The notes under the pieces are model-generated. The model searched no databases. It saw only the letters and a list, made by a program, of their open reading frames with translations, and was not told the origin of the DNA. Made by a program: the position numbers and the translations under genes. This document shows positions 37,276 through 46,884 of a stretch of 60,001 nucleotides of DNA, piece after piece; the stretch's first letter is position 1, and every line of letters begins with the position of its first letter. The stretch spans positions 1-60,001 of the IMG/VR virus record IMGVR_UViG_3300021225_000464, one strand, 5' to 3'. The stretch is from a virus (taxonomy: Duplodnaviria; Caudoviricetes).

Positions 37276-38652
37276 ATGGCAGAAAAAAACTTAGTTGAAG
37301 AAGCATTAATCCAAATACAAAATTTGGAAGAAGCTATCAATGAAAACGCAAAAGAAATACTTCATTCTACAATGAAAGAAGAAATTAGCGAATTAGTAAA
37401 AGAGTCTATGAAAAATGAGGCTGAAGAAGAAGATGAATTTGAAGTTGAAGACGAATTTGAATCTGAAGATGAATCAGAAGAAGATGACGAATTTGAATCA
37501 GGTGACGAGTCTGAAGAAGACGAGGAAGAGATTGAATTCGGAACTGAAGATGATGACGATTCTGAAGAAGACGAATTTGACATGTCAAATTTATCTGATA
37601 TGGGTGGTGATGACGAAATTGATTCTATTGAGATTCAAGATTTATCTGACGAACCAATGGAGAAAGTTTTAAAAGCTTTCAAAGAAATGAAACCAACTGA
37701 TTCTTTTGAAATTAAGAAAGAAGGTGATTTTATTCATTTAAAAGATGAAGACGATGAATACCTTATTCAAAATGGTTCTGAAGATGAAGAGGAAGAATTT
37801 GAGTTCTCAGATGAAGAAGACGAATTAGAAGAAGTCGTTTACGAAATTGAAATGAATGAAGAAGCTGAAGAAGAAGAGTACGAACTTGAAGAAAGTTGGT
37901 CTGAAGAAGAGGAAGAAGAATACGAACTTGAAGAAGACGTAGTATTTGAATCTACAAAACCAAAAGTTGGTAAAGGAGCATCAATTGGTAAAGCCAAATT
38001 TGAATATAAAAAATCAAAAGGTGGTTTTAACGAAAAGAAAGCTCACGCTAATCCAACTAAAGGAACAGGTAAACCTAAGTTTGAATTCAAAGAAGGTGAA
38101 ATGTTTGAAATGGATAGTCCAACAGGTTCTGAAAAATTCACAAAAAAAGAAGCTAAAGAAGCCGCTCGTACTTACGGATTTGGTTCTAAAAAAGGACGTG
38201 GATTAAGAAAGGCAGTTACTCCAAACAGAAACTTGACTTTTGAAAGCCGTGAAATTATGGAAGAACTTGAAATGTTAAGAGCGAAAAATGAAGAATACAG
38301 AAAAGCTTTAAATATGTTCAGAGATAAACTAAATGAAGTGGCAGTATTTAATTCAAATTTAGCTTATGCAACAAGATTGTTCACTGAACACTCAACTTCA
38401 AAACAAGAGAAAATCAATGTTTTAAGAAGATTTGATTCAGCAGATACTCTTAAAGAATCTAAAGCACTTTATAAGACAATAAAAGAAGAGTTAAGTGGTA
38501 ACACTACTAAAACTCAAATGACAGAATCTATTGAAAGAGTTGTTGAAAAAACTCCACAGTCAGGTTCAGCAGTTAATCTGATTGAATCTAAGACTTATGA
38601 GAATCCTCAATTCTTAAGAATGAAAGATATCATGTCAAAAATAATAAAATAA
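37276..38652 (+). CDS. Prohead scaffold/core protein
   Basis: Very acidic and coiled-coil, between protease and capsid genes; LNEVAVFNSNLAY. Confidence 0.8.
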   Translation: MAEKNLVEEALIQIQNLEEAINENAKEILHSTMKEEISELVKESMKNEAEEEDEFEVEDEFESEDESEEDDEFESGDESEEDEEEIEFGTEDDDDSEEDEFDMSNLSDMGGDDEIDSIEIQDLSDEPMEKVLKAFKEMKPTDSFEIKKEGDFIHLKDEDDEYLIQNGSEDEEEEFEFSDEEDELEEVVYEIEMNEEAEEEEYELEESWSEEEEEEYELEEDVVFESTKPKVGKGASIGKAKFEYKKSKGGFNEKKAHANPTKGTGKPKFEFKEGEMFEMDSPTGSEKFTKKEAKEAARTYGFGSKKGRGLRKAVTPNRNLTFESREIMEELEMLRAKNEEYRKALNMFRDKLNEVAVFNSNLAYATRLFTEHSTSKQEKINVLRRFDSADTLKESKALYKTIKEELSGNTTKTQMTESIERVVEKTPQSGSAVNLIESKTYENPQFLRMKDIMSKIIK

Positions 38653-38680
38653 ACTAAAAAATAAAAAACCTATAAAATAA

Positions 38681-40543
38681 ATGGGAGCATTATTAGAAAG
38701 TGGATTAGTAGGTAACATCGGTCTTAAGCACTTGAAAGTTATCAAAGAAGACACTATAAACAAATGGGACAAATTAGGGTTCCTTGAAGGTCTTAGAGGC
38801 CACCTAAAAGAAAACGTTGCTCAGTTATATGAAAACCAAGCATCACATTTAATTAACGAAGCTACGACTGACGGAGCATCAGGTTCATTTGAAACTGTTG
38901 TATTCCCAATCATCAGACGTGTATTCTCTAAATTATTAGCTAACGAAATCGTTTCTGTACAAGCTATGAACTTACCAATTGGTAAATTGTTCTACTTTGT
39001 ACCTCAAATCCAAGGTTATACTGGTGCTACATCAACTCCAGGTGGTGTACCAGGTGTTGCTAATCACCAAGCTCCATATGGTTCTCCAAATGGACCATCA
39101 ACTCCAGGTGCTGGATATAATGATTCAAACGCATATCCTAAAAACCTTTATGATGCATTCTACGAAGGAACTGAGCCAGGGTTAAACCCAGGTGGTCTTT
39201 TTGATTATTCAAAAGGTGCATGGTATTGGGTGACAGGTGCAACTAACACTGTTGCTTGGTCAAACGGTACATTAATCTATTCAGCATACGGTGCTGGTGA
39301 ATATAGAAAAGTTCTTATCACTTTATCAGGTTTCACAAACGCTGGTGAGGGTAAATTAATTGCTCCTGATGGACAAGAAATGGATACTGAAACATTCTTA
39401 TCTGATTTAACACTTTTCCCATCACAAGGTTTGGCTAACCAAATCAATACTTCAGGTGGAAATGTTGGACTTTATACTCCACTTTTATATCGTGTTGTGA
39501 CACAAAAATATGGTAAAGGTATTGTACAGTACGGTAGTACTCAATCAACTACTTTCCCTGATATCCCACGTGGTACTGTGTCTTACCCAGGTAACGGTGG
39601 TTCTTATAATAATGTATGTTCTCAAGATGGTAACATCATCTTAGAAATTGACTTACAAGTTCCAGCATGTATTTCTTGTAGTCAATCAACTCCTGATGGA
39701 TACACAGGAACAACTATCTTAGCTGGTTCAGGTGCTACTAACGATTCATTCGTTAAGGCATATTGGAAGCGTTACCAAGAAATGGAATTTGAAGACAGAA
39801 TTGGTGAAGTTTCTTTTGACCTTCAATCAGTAACAGTTTCTGTAACTGAAAGAAAGTTAAGAGCACAATGGTCTCCAGAACTTGCTCAAGACGTTGCGGC
39901 GTTCCACAACATTGATGCTGAAGCTGAATTAACAGCTTTATTATCTGAACAAGTTGCTGCTGAAATTGACCGTGAAATCTTACGTGACTTACGTAAAGGT
40001 GCAGCGTGGACATTACGTTGGGATTACAACGGATGGAAGCGTCTGAATAACCAATCAACTCCTTATACTCAAAAGGACTGGAATCAAACGTTGATTACTG
40101 CAATCAACCAAATTTCAGCTCAAATCCACAAGTCTACTTTAAGAGGTGGAGCAAACTGGATTGTTGTATCTTCTGAAATCAGTGCTATTTTTGATGACTT
40201 GGAATACTTCCACGTATCAAACGCGGCTCCTGAGCAAGACCAATTCAACATGGGTATTGAAAGAGTTGGTACTTTAAGTGGTCGTTACCAAGTATACCGT
40301 GACCCATACTTCCCACCAAACACTGTGTTGATTGGTCACAAAGGTACTTCTTTATTGGATACTGGATATATCTACGCTCCATACGTACCACTACAATTAA
40401 CTCCAACTATGTATAACCCATTCAACTTTACTCCAATCAAGGGTATTATGACACGTTACGCTAAGAAAATGGTTAATAACCGTTTCTACGGACGTATCAT
40501 CGTTGACGGTGTTCGTACATTTGACTTAAACGAATTAAGATAA
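38681..40543 (+). CDS. Major capsid protein (T4 gp23-like)
   Basis: VSVQAMNLP.G..FY, RKLRAQWSPELAQD, EIDREI, YAPYVPL, GIMTRY; probable maturation site LINE|ATT. Confidence 0.97.
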   Translation: MGALLESGLVGNIGLKHLKVIKEDTINKWDKLGFLEGLRGHLKENVAQLYENQASHLINEATTDGASGSFETVVFPIIRRVFSKLLANEIVSVQAMNLPIGKLFYFVPQIQGYTGATSTPGGVPGVANHQAPYGSPNGPSTPGAGYNDSNAYPKNLYDAFYEGTEPGLNPGGLFDYSKGAWYWVTGATNTVAWSNGTLIYSAYGAGEYRKVLITLSGFTNAGEGKLIAPDGQEMDTETFLSDLTLFPSQGLANQINTSGGNVGLYTPLLYRVVTQKYGKGIVQYGSTQSTTFPDIPRGTVSYPGNGGSYNNVCSQDGNIILEIDLQVPACISCSQSTPDGYTGTTILAGSGATNDSFVKAYWKRYQEMEFEDRIGEVSFDLQSVTVSVTERKLRAQWSPELAQDVAAFHNIDAEAELTALLSEQVAAEIDREILRDLRKGAAWTLRWDYNGWKRLNNQSTPYTQKDWNQTLITAINQISAQIHKSTLRGGANWIVVSSEISAIFDDLEYFHVSNAAPEQDQFNMGIERVGTLSGRYQVYRDPYFPPNTVLIGHKGTSLLDTGYIYAPYVPLQLTPTMYNPFNFTPIKGIMTRYAKKMVNNRFYGRIIVDGVRTFDLNELR

Positions 40544-40562
40544 TCTTATCTTAATGAATAAT

Positions 40563-40591
40563 AAAAAGGGACAAGAAATTGTCCCTTTTTT
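40563..40591. terminator. Bidirectional terminator after capsid gene
   Basis: AAAAAGGGACAA-GAAA-TTGTCCCTTTTTT. Confidence 0.9.
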
Positions 40592-40829
40592 ATTTGTCTA
40601 ACATTCTTAAAGATTTTGATATTATTTCAGATTCTACTAAGGTAAATGCTCCTCGTTTGTATGCGGCAACTAATGATTGTATAATACAGTTATTAGCATC
40701 TTCTTTAGTTAAATTTAAAATAAAATAATCTAAATCTTCATTTGTATTAAATTCAAAAGTATCAAATAAAACAGTTTTTGGTGATAAATGGTTTATTTGA
40801 TTTTTTATTTCATTAGTTAAATCTTCCAT
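40590..40829 (-). CDS. Hypothetical protein
   Basis: 79-aa ORF ending at the terminator. Confidence 0.65.
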   Translation of the reverse strand: MEDLTNEIKNQINHLSPKTVLFDTFEFNTNEDLDYFILNLTKEDANNCIIQSLVAAYKRGAFTLVESEIISKSLRMLDK

Positions 40830-40870
40830 AATATTAGATATTTATATAATGATACGAAATAATTGTCATT

Positions 40871-41836
40871 ATGAAAAGTAACCATCTGTTAGAAATATTA
40901 AAAAAATTAAAAGAATATGATAACTACATATCTGAAGCAACAACTTCAGGAGGTTCAGGTAGTTTTAGAGTACCTTTAAGACCCGGTTTTAAATTATGGG
41001 ACAAAGATACTTTAGAACCTTTTACTTTATCTTTAAATGGTTATGACAATGCTGAAATATATGTTGATTCTTTAGATGGTAATATTGAAACTAAAGGTGT
41101 TAAAAGAAAAGAAGAAATGTCAGTGGCCATATCAAAATCAGATAAAAGAAATCCTATCTTAAATGATGATGATGGAAGTGATTTAAATGATAATCCACCT
41201 AACAAAAAATTACTTAAAAAAGTTTTTGGTAAGAAAAAAATTAAAGAGGCAACTGATGCCACTGTAAGTTCTGGTGAATATAATGCACCTGCAGAATTTA
41301 AAAAACCCAAATGGGATAAACATGTGTTATCACCATTTTTAATTGATTCTGAACATGAACATAATAAAATTGTAAATAAAAAAGAAATACAAGGAAAAAT
41401 ATCTTTTAAACATGGTTATAACGAAAAAGACCATCCAAATAAAGGTAAATCAAAACATATTATAACACCAACAGAAAATAAAGATGTTGTTAATGAAGAT
41501 TTAGGTGTTTGGTTTGGTAAAAAGAAAAAACCTAAAGGAAGCAAACAACCAAAAGGTCCTTGGGTTAATATATGTAAAAAAGTAGATGGTAAACACCCGC
41601 CTTGTGGTAGACCTGATACTTCTAAAGGAGCTTATCCTAAATGTCGTGCAGCTGGAGTTGCGGGAAAAATGTCTGATTCCGCAAAACGTGCCGCTTGTCA
41701 ACAAAAAAGAAAGGCGGAAAAACAAGATACTCAAACAGGAAAGGGACAAAAACCAATTATGACATCATATAAGCCTAAAAAGAAAAAGACCAACGAATCG
41801 GTCTTAATCAATTTAATTAGAAAGGCTTTAGATTAA
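40871..41836 (+). CDS. Modular putative head protein with basic Cys domain
   Basis: Two I-x-E|AT..SG repeats; VNE|DLGVWF...WVNI...PCGR...YPKCR domain. Confidence 0.65.
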   Translation: MKSNHLLEILKKLKEYDNYISEATTSGGSGSFRVPLRPGFKLWDKDTLEPFTLSLNGYDNAEIYVDSLDGNIETKGVKRKEEMSVAISKSDKRNPILNDDDGSDLNDNPPNKKLLKKVFGKKKIKEATDATVSSGEYNAPAEFKKPKWDKHVLSPFLIDSEHEHNKIVNKKEIQGKISFKHGYNEKDHPNKGKSKHIITPTENKDVVNEDLGVWFGKKKKPKGSKQPKGPWVNICKKVDGKHPPCGRPDTSKGAYPKCRAAGVAGKMSDSAKRAACQQKRKAEKQDTQTGKGQKPIMTSYKPKKKKTNESVLINLIRKALD

Positions 41837-42078
41837 TAGATACTTTTACTAACTCTAATACCTGGTTTAAGAGGTTCGTATTCTCTTTTTGGTCTTGAAT
41901 ATTGACCTGTGCTAAATTCAGAATTTAAGGCTTCTAAAGCACCTCTATATCCACCTGTTTCATCTGACAGTAATCTATCAATAACGTCTTGAATTAAACT
42001 TCTATCAAGTCTTCCGTATTCTGGTTCTTCTGACATCTCTCTTAATGCTTTTTTTATTTGTGTATCTAACTTTGACAT
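41833..42078 (-). CDS. Hypothetical protein with leader
   Basis: MSKLDTQIKKALRE leader. Confidence 0.6.
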   Translation of the reverse strand: MSKLDTQIKKALREMSEEPEYGRLDRSLIQDVIDRLLSDETGGYRGALEALNSEFSTGQYSRPKREYEPLKPGIRVSKSIY

Positions 42079-42088
42079 GATTTAAATA

Positions 42089-42493
42089 TTAACAATTTAT
42101 TTTACTATAAATATTATCAAGTGAGTGATTTATTTGAGTTTCAAGTTCTTTTTCAATATTCATTGCTCTTAACTCCATTTCTTTACGAAAATAATTAATA
42201 AGTTTTTCCCACTGAGTACTACTTAATTTGATAAAATAACTGTAGGTATGATTTGTAACCGTAACTTGTCCACCATCCATTGTAATAAAAATACCTAATC
42301 TATCATTTCGGATATATTTTTTATCAGATATAGGGGCAATAATTAGTTCAGAATCTTCTGAATGGATGAGTTTTCTACATATAGTGGAACATTTCCTCAC
42401 GTTTGACATATATATGTCAAATTCGGTGTCCTTTCGGTCTAATTTACGTAAATATAGACGATATTTAACCCACAGTTTTTTAATTATAGTCAT
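42089..42493 (-). CDS. Hypothetical protein
   Basis: 134 aa; CAAATATA at 42513-42520 upstream. Confidence 0.65.
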   Translation of the reverse strand: MTIIKKLWVKYRLYLRKLDRKDTEFDIYMSNVRKCSTICRKLIHSEDSELIIAPISDKKYIRNDRLGIFITMDGGQVTVTNHTYSYFIKLSSTQWEKLINYFRKEMELRAMNIEKELETQINHSLDNIYSKINC

Positions 42494-42551
42494 GTCATTT
42501 ATGATTTGACTACAAATATACTATGATTTTTTAATAATTCAAAATAATTGA

Positions 42552-43088
42552 TTAACAATATGCCCCTGAACAATGTTTTTTCCCATCTAAACCTGGCATA
42601 CGTCCTTTACAAACTTGTACAGCATAACCATTAGCATAAGCTGAAGGATATACGTCAAATTTTGATTTAGCGGCAGCCTTACCACGAGCACATAATTTAG
42701 TACCTGCCTTTTTACGACCTTCAGTCATAGATGTCATAGATAATCCCAGTGCTTTATTAGGGTCCATTCCATCCGCCTCATCTGCAAGAGCTAAATCATC
42801 AAAATTAATATTTTCAATAACCTCTTCAGATTTCCACATGTCACCACTTTTTGTTTCATTCATTAAGAAATCAAAAACTTGGTCCATATTATTTTTGGCT
42901 TCAGCAATGTGGTCTTGAGCCCAATCGTGCCCATTAGATAGAATTTTTTCAACCATATCATGGTCTAAATCTAATAATAATCCACATTGTCTTTTCATTT
43001 GTTCTAAATTACTGAAAAACATATATCTTTCAGATTCTTCTTTAAGTACTTTTTTAATTATGTTATTTAAATTTTTCATATTACGCAA
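42552..43088 (-). CDS. Putative head protein with C-terminal YPSAYA (DUF5872-like) module
   Basis: MKNLNNIIKKVLKEE leader; KLCARGKAAAKSKFDVYPSAYANGYAVQVCKG. Confidence 0.65.
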   Translation of the reverse strand: MRNMKNLNNIIKKVLKEESERYMFFSNLEQMKRQCGLLLDLDHDMVEKILSNGHDWAQDHIAEAKNNMDQVFDFLMNETKSGDMWKSEEVIENINFDDLALADEADGMDPNKALGLSMTSMTEGRKKAGTKLCARGKAAAKSKFDVYPSAYANGYAVQVCKGRMPGLDGKKHCSGAYC

Positions 43089-43599
43089 TCATATCATCTT
43101 CTTTTAGGTCATTACAGACAACATCCAAAAACACTTCAATATCGTGTTCTAATCCTTCATAATCTTCAAATACATTAGTCCCTTCGGTTGTGTTTTCAAA
43201 CATACAAGTTTGAAAATTACCTTCTGTATCACAGTAAATTTCACCATAATAATCACTATCATCAACTGTTAGATATCCTGTATGTATTTTTTCATCTTCA
43301 GTATCTTGTGTTGATTCATATCTAAATTTAAACGATGGCATTCCTGGAAATTCAAAAGACCAAAAACCACCAGCTTTTGTCATAAAATCATCTTTAGATG
43401 ATGGTTCATCTTCTATTGATATACCTTTAGTAAATTTCTGAAGAGTTTCTTTTTCTTCAGGTGTGATTGATTCCATACCTGATTGACTAATTTTATCTAA
43501 AATTACATCAATTTTATCCTCACCTGGTTGTAATGCTTCGGATAATACAAATTTCAATAATTTTATATATTCGCCCTCTTTTAATGTTACTTTTTTCAT
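43081..43599 (-). CDS. Hypothetical protein with leader
   Basis: MKKVTLKEGEYIKLLKFVLSE|A; IDVILDKISQSGMESITPEEK motif. Confidence 0.65.
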   Translation of the reverse strand: MKKVTLKEGEYIKLLKFVLSEALQPGEDKIDVILDKISQSGMESITPEEKETLQKFTKGISIEDEPSSKDDFMTKAGGFWSFEFPGMPSFKFRYESTQDTEDEKIHTGYLTVDDSDYYGEIYCDTEGNFQTCMFENTTEGTNVFEDYEGLEHDIEVFLDVVCNDLKEDDMIA

Positions 43600-45092
43600 T
43601 TTTTGTTAACTATTTGAAACGTTAGTGTTTTTTTATAAGTATTCACTTCACCTGAAGAATATACTTTTATATCCACATTATATTCATTAGGGATTTTATC
43701 TCTAGTATCAAATACAAAATAATATTCATTTGAACTTCTATTAACTTGTGTCCAAGATTGGACTTCCACTTCTGTAGTACCTTCTTTAACATAAATTCTA
43801 TAATAGGAACTAACAGGTGTTAATATTTGTGAAGCAGTATATGCCTTTTTAATCACAACCCCAACTCTACGAATATCAGTATTTAAAACTTTTTCATCTT
43901 GTTTAATTCCATAAAAGTCAAAACCGTATAATTCAGGTTCTTTACTTTCAGGTGATAATGAGAAACCAAAACTATTAGGTAAAACAGTTAAATCATTAAC
44001 AACATCTGGAAGTGTTACACCGTTATAAATTAAATTAGACCAAGTGTCAGTAAACATACATGGTGTTGTAGCAGTTATGGCACTTGTTGTAATTTCATAA
44101 ACTCCTTGTGTTTTTAAACACGCTGTATAAGTACCAATAGTGTTCCCTATGTTATTTTCTAAAATTACTGTTGGTAAACTATCTAAAGTAATAGGTTGTC
44201 CATTGATGTAAGAGTATAGATAAAGTTTGTTACTATTATGTGAATAAAAAGAATTTCTATCGTCTTGTATTAAATCATTATATGTTGTTTCAAGATAAGG
44301 CTCGTAAAAAGTTTGTGTGTGTCTTGTAAAAAACCCTACAGAATAATTTTCAGTTAATCCTGTTAAATTTTCTAATTCAGGTAAAAACGCAACACCCCAT
44401 CCTGTAAATCCTGATGTTGAACCTGTAAGATATTGATTAATTTCATTTGTCATATCAAATTCAATATCCTCATTCCCAAATTCAAAATGTTGGGTATCAA
44501 CAATTATTAAATCAGAATAATTAACTAAACTATTATTTGTATTATCATATATTCCATTTGTACTCCAACCACTTAATGTAGTTGTTTGATACCAATTTGA
44601 AGGTCTTTGTGAGTAAGCTTTATCTTGAGGTAGGGCAATCGGTGATAATAAACCATTACCTGTGTTTAAAGTTCTTTGAACATCGTAATAATCGTATCCT
44701 ACCCCTTCATCCCACAACTGAGAGTTTCCAGTATTTCCTGATATTAATGGAATTCTAAATAAGATTAAATCAAACGATGTCGCTCTTAATCTTCCTTGAC
44801 TTGTATATTCATTAGATAATACTTCTTTATCAAAAGAAGAAGTATTAGTCATTTTAAGAATATGTGTTATACCTGAAAATCCTGTACACCCTGTTGATAT
44901 TGTTTTATCTTGTATTTTTCCAACAAGTTGTGAAAGGTCTAAATTAAATATAAATCTACTATATCCAGGTGAAGCTATCACAGAATCTGCCGAACCAAAA
45001 TAAAGTTGCGTGTATGGTGACTTTCCAGTATTAACATAACTGTTTGAAAGTATTGTATTGTTTTTACTAAAATATGAACGATGGATTGACAT
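43596..45092 (-). CDS. Putative tail/baseplate structural protein
   Basis: Beta-rich S/T/N/G composition; YSRFIFNLDLS, WDEGVGYDY; TATTTAT (minus) at 45106-45112. Confidence 0.55.
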   Translation of the reverse strand: MSIHRSYFSKNNTILSNSYVNTGKSPYTQLYFGSADSVIASPGYSRFIFNLDLSQLVGKIQDKTISTGCTGFSGITHILKMTNTSSFDKEVLSNEYTSQGRLRATSFDLILFRIPLISGNTGNSQLWDEGVGYDYYDVQRTLNTGNGLLSPIALPQDKAYSQRPSNWYQTTTLSGWSTNGIYDNTNNSLVNYSDLIIVDTQHFEFGNEDIEFDMTNEINQYLTGSTSGFTGWGVAFLPELENLTGLTENYSVGFFTRHTQTFYEPYLETTYNDLIQDDRNSFYSHNSNKLYLYSYINGQPITLDSLPTVILENNIGNTIGTYTACLKTQGVYEITTSAITATTPCMFTDTWSNLIYNGVTLPDVVNDLTVLPNSFGFSLSPESKEPELYGFDFYGIKQDEKVLNTDIRRVGVVIKKAYTASQILTPVSSYYRIYVKEGTTEVEVQSWTQVNRSSNEYYFVFDTRDKIPNEYNVDIKVYSSGEVNTYKKTLTFQIVNKK

Positions 45093-45112
45093 TTACTCTT
45101 TTTAGATAAATA

Positions 45113-46708
45113 TCAATTTATACGAATATTTTGATTTAGAACTTTACTATCAAAAAGTTTCCATTCGGAATCTAATTTTGTTTTAGTTGTTGCAAAAGAA
45201 TTTCCTTCAGCTGTCTCAAATGGAGTACGTCTATGATATTCGTGGATATGGTTTAATAAAAAATCAACCATTAAATTTAATAAATCTCTTAAAGCTTCCC
45301 CTCTAACCATTGAATTTGTTGATTCGTAATAATTACCTGAAAGAGTTGGTTCATTTATTCCATATACTTCGGAACTATTTAATTCTATTTTAGGGTAACC
45401 TGGAATCTGTGAAGAATTTGAAACTATAAATAATTTTTCTGAACCTAATACCGCATACCCAAAATCACCATTTTCAATTTTAACGGGTGTATAACTTACT
45501 TTTTTTGAAATTTGTTGTAATCCATATTTATCTTTTTTAGATATCAAACCCGCTCCTGGATTTTCTAATGGTTTTGATTTTGGGAACTCAACTAAATTTA
45601 ATAATTTATTTACGTTTTCCCATTCATTCCCTATAGGTCCATTGGCAATTTTTTGTGTGGCAATTGATGGCCGGTAATAAAATGGGAATCTTTTATCTGT
45701 AATGTCAAGTGTTTGTCTAGGTGTTGTATAATTTAAATTAATACGTCCATCATTTAATCCTGATATTACTTTATTAATAATTGCTGCAACTTCTTCTATA
45801 GTCCCAATATTTAAAAATTCATGAGTAAAAGAAGTGTAAATATTTCCTGTAATAATAATTTGTGAAGTAAAATTATTAGTTAATGTTTCAGGTCCTTTAC
45901 CTGGTAAATTATAAATGTTTATTATACCAGAAAAAGGTCCGCTACTACCTAAACCATAGGTAATTTGATATTCAACTAATTTTAAAATTTGTTCAGAAAC
46001 CGTATTATTTTGAGTTATTGTTTTTTTAGTTCCTTTAGTTGTTCTTGCATCAAAATTTGATAATTGTAAAAAACTTCTTTTTGTATTAACAATTGGATAA
46101 ACTAATGAATTTAAAATTGGTGTTTTTTTTGAACGTAATAATATTTCAGTATCTTTTAAAATAATATCTGACCTTCCTTTTGAATATAATGCAAAATCTT
46201 CAGGTTCTGCAAATACTCCTTTGGTTAGTGAGTTAAAATAACCTTTAGATGACTTAAGCGGAATTCCTGGTTTAACATTCGCTCCACTCGCTAATGTACT
46301 TCTTGATTGATTTGAATTTTCTTGTGAAAGAGCCATCATTGATGATATTGGACCCTTCAAATAAAATTGGTTTTTTCTACCTGTATTCTCAGACCAATTA
46401 GAATAAATTAAATGTACATAGTCGTTTACCGCAGGAATTATATTAACTTGAACAGGAAGAAATGATAAAAAAACAAAGGGGTCTGAAAATGCTGGTTCAG
46501 TAAATTCTTTATACCAAAATTCTTCTCTTATATCTGTTTCTTGGTCATTTAAAACTGATTTTTCTCCAATTTTAATATCCCTTAAAGATGATACAATTTG
46601 TTGGAATTTTTCCCATTCAGGTTTAACACGAATTCGTTCACGCAAATCAATGTCTGAAATGTCAATGACAGTCCCCCCAAATAAAATTCTATGACTGTCT
46701 TGACTCAT
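45113..46708 (-). CDS. Putative baseplate hub/spike (gp5-like)
   Basis: OB-fold-like FLPVQVNIIPAVNDYV near the N-terminus; C-terminal MVRGE.L..LL......HIH spike-apex-like HxH. Confidence 0.55.
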   Translation of the reverse strand: MSQDSHRILFGGTVIDISDIDLRERIRVKPEWEKFQQIVSSLRDIKIGEKSVLNDQETDIREEFWYKEFTEPAFSDPFVFLSFLPVQVNIIPAVNDYVHLIYSNWSENTGRKNQFYLKGPISSMMALSQENSNQSRSTLASGANVKPGIPLKSSKGYFNSLTKGVFAEPEDFALYSKGRSDIILKDTEILLRSKKTPILNSLVYPIVNTKRSFLQLSNFDARTTKGTKKTITQNNTVSEQILKLVEYQITYGLGSSGPFSGIINIYNLPGKGPETLTNNFTSQIIITGNIYTSFTHEFLNIGTIEEVAAIINKVISGLNDGRINLNYTTPRQTLDITDKRFPFYYRPSIATQKIANGPIGNEWENVNKLLNLVEFPKSKPLENPGAGLISKKDKYGLQQISKKVSYTPVKIENGDFGYAVLGSEKLFIVSNSSQIPGYPKIELNSSEVYGINEPTLSGNYYESTNSMVRGEALRDLLNLMVDFLLNHIHEYHRRTPFETAEGNSFATTKTKLDSEWKLFDSKVLNQNIRIN

Positions 46709-46883
46709 ACTCGTTTAAAATTTTGTTATATGTTGATTCTAATTTATCTAACTTTTTAGTTAATTCAATAACTAATTTTTTTGTGGTATCAAATTCCTTT
46801 GATAAAAAATCCATAGCCAATACTAAATCTTTATTAGATTTAGATTTATGGTCAATTAATATTTCTTTTATTTTTTCTGACAT
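46689..46883 (-). CDS. Small coiled-coil protein
   Basis: 64 aa, tiled within the operon. Confidence 0.65.
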   Translation of the reverse strand: MSEKIKEILIDHKSKSNKDLVLAMDFLSKEFDTTKKLVIELTKKLDKLESTYNKILNEYESRQS

Positions 46884-46884
46884 A

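Noticed and set aside
37400-37950. GAAGAA-rich tract as a DNA repeat element
   Set aside because: It is explained by Glu/Asp-rich coding in the scaffold protein.
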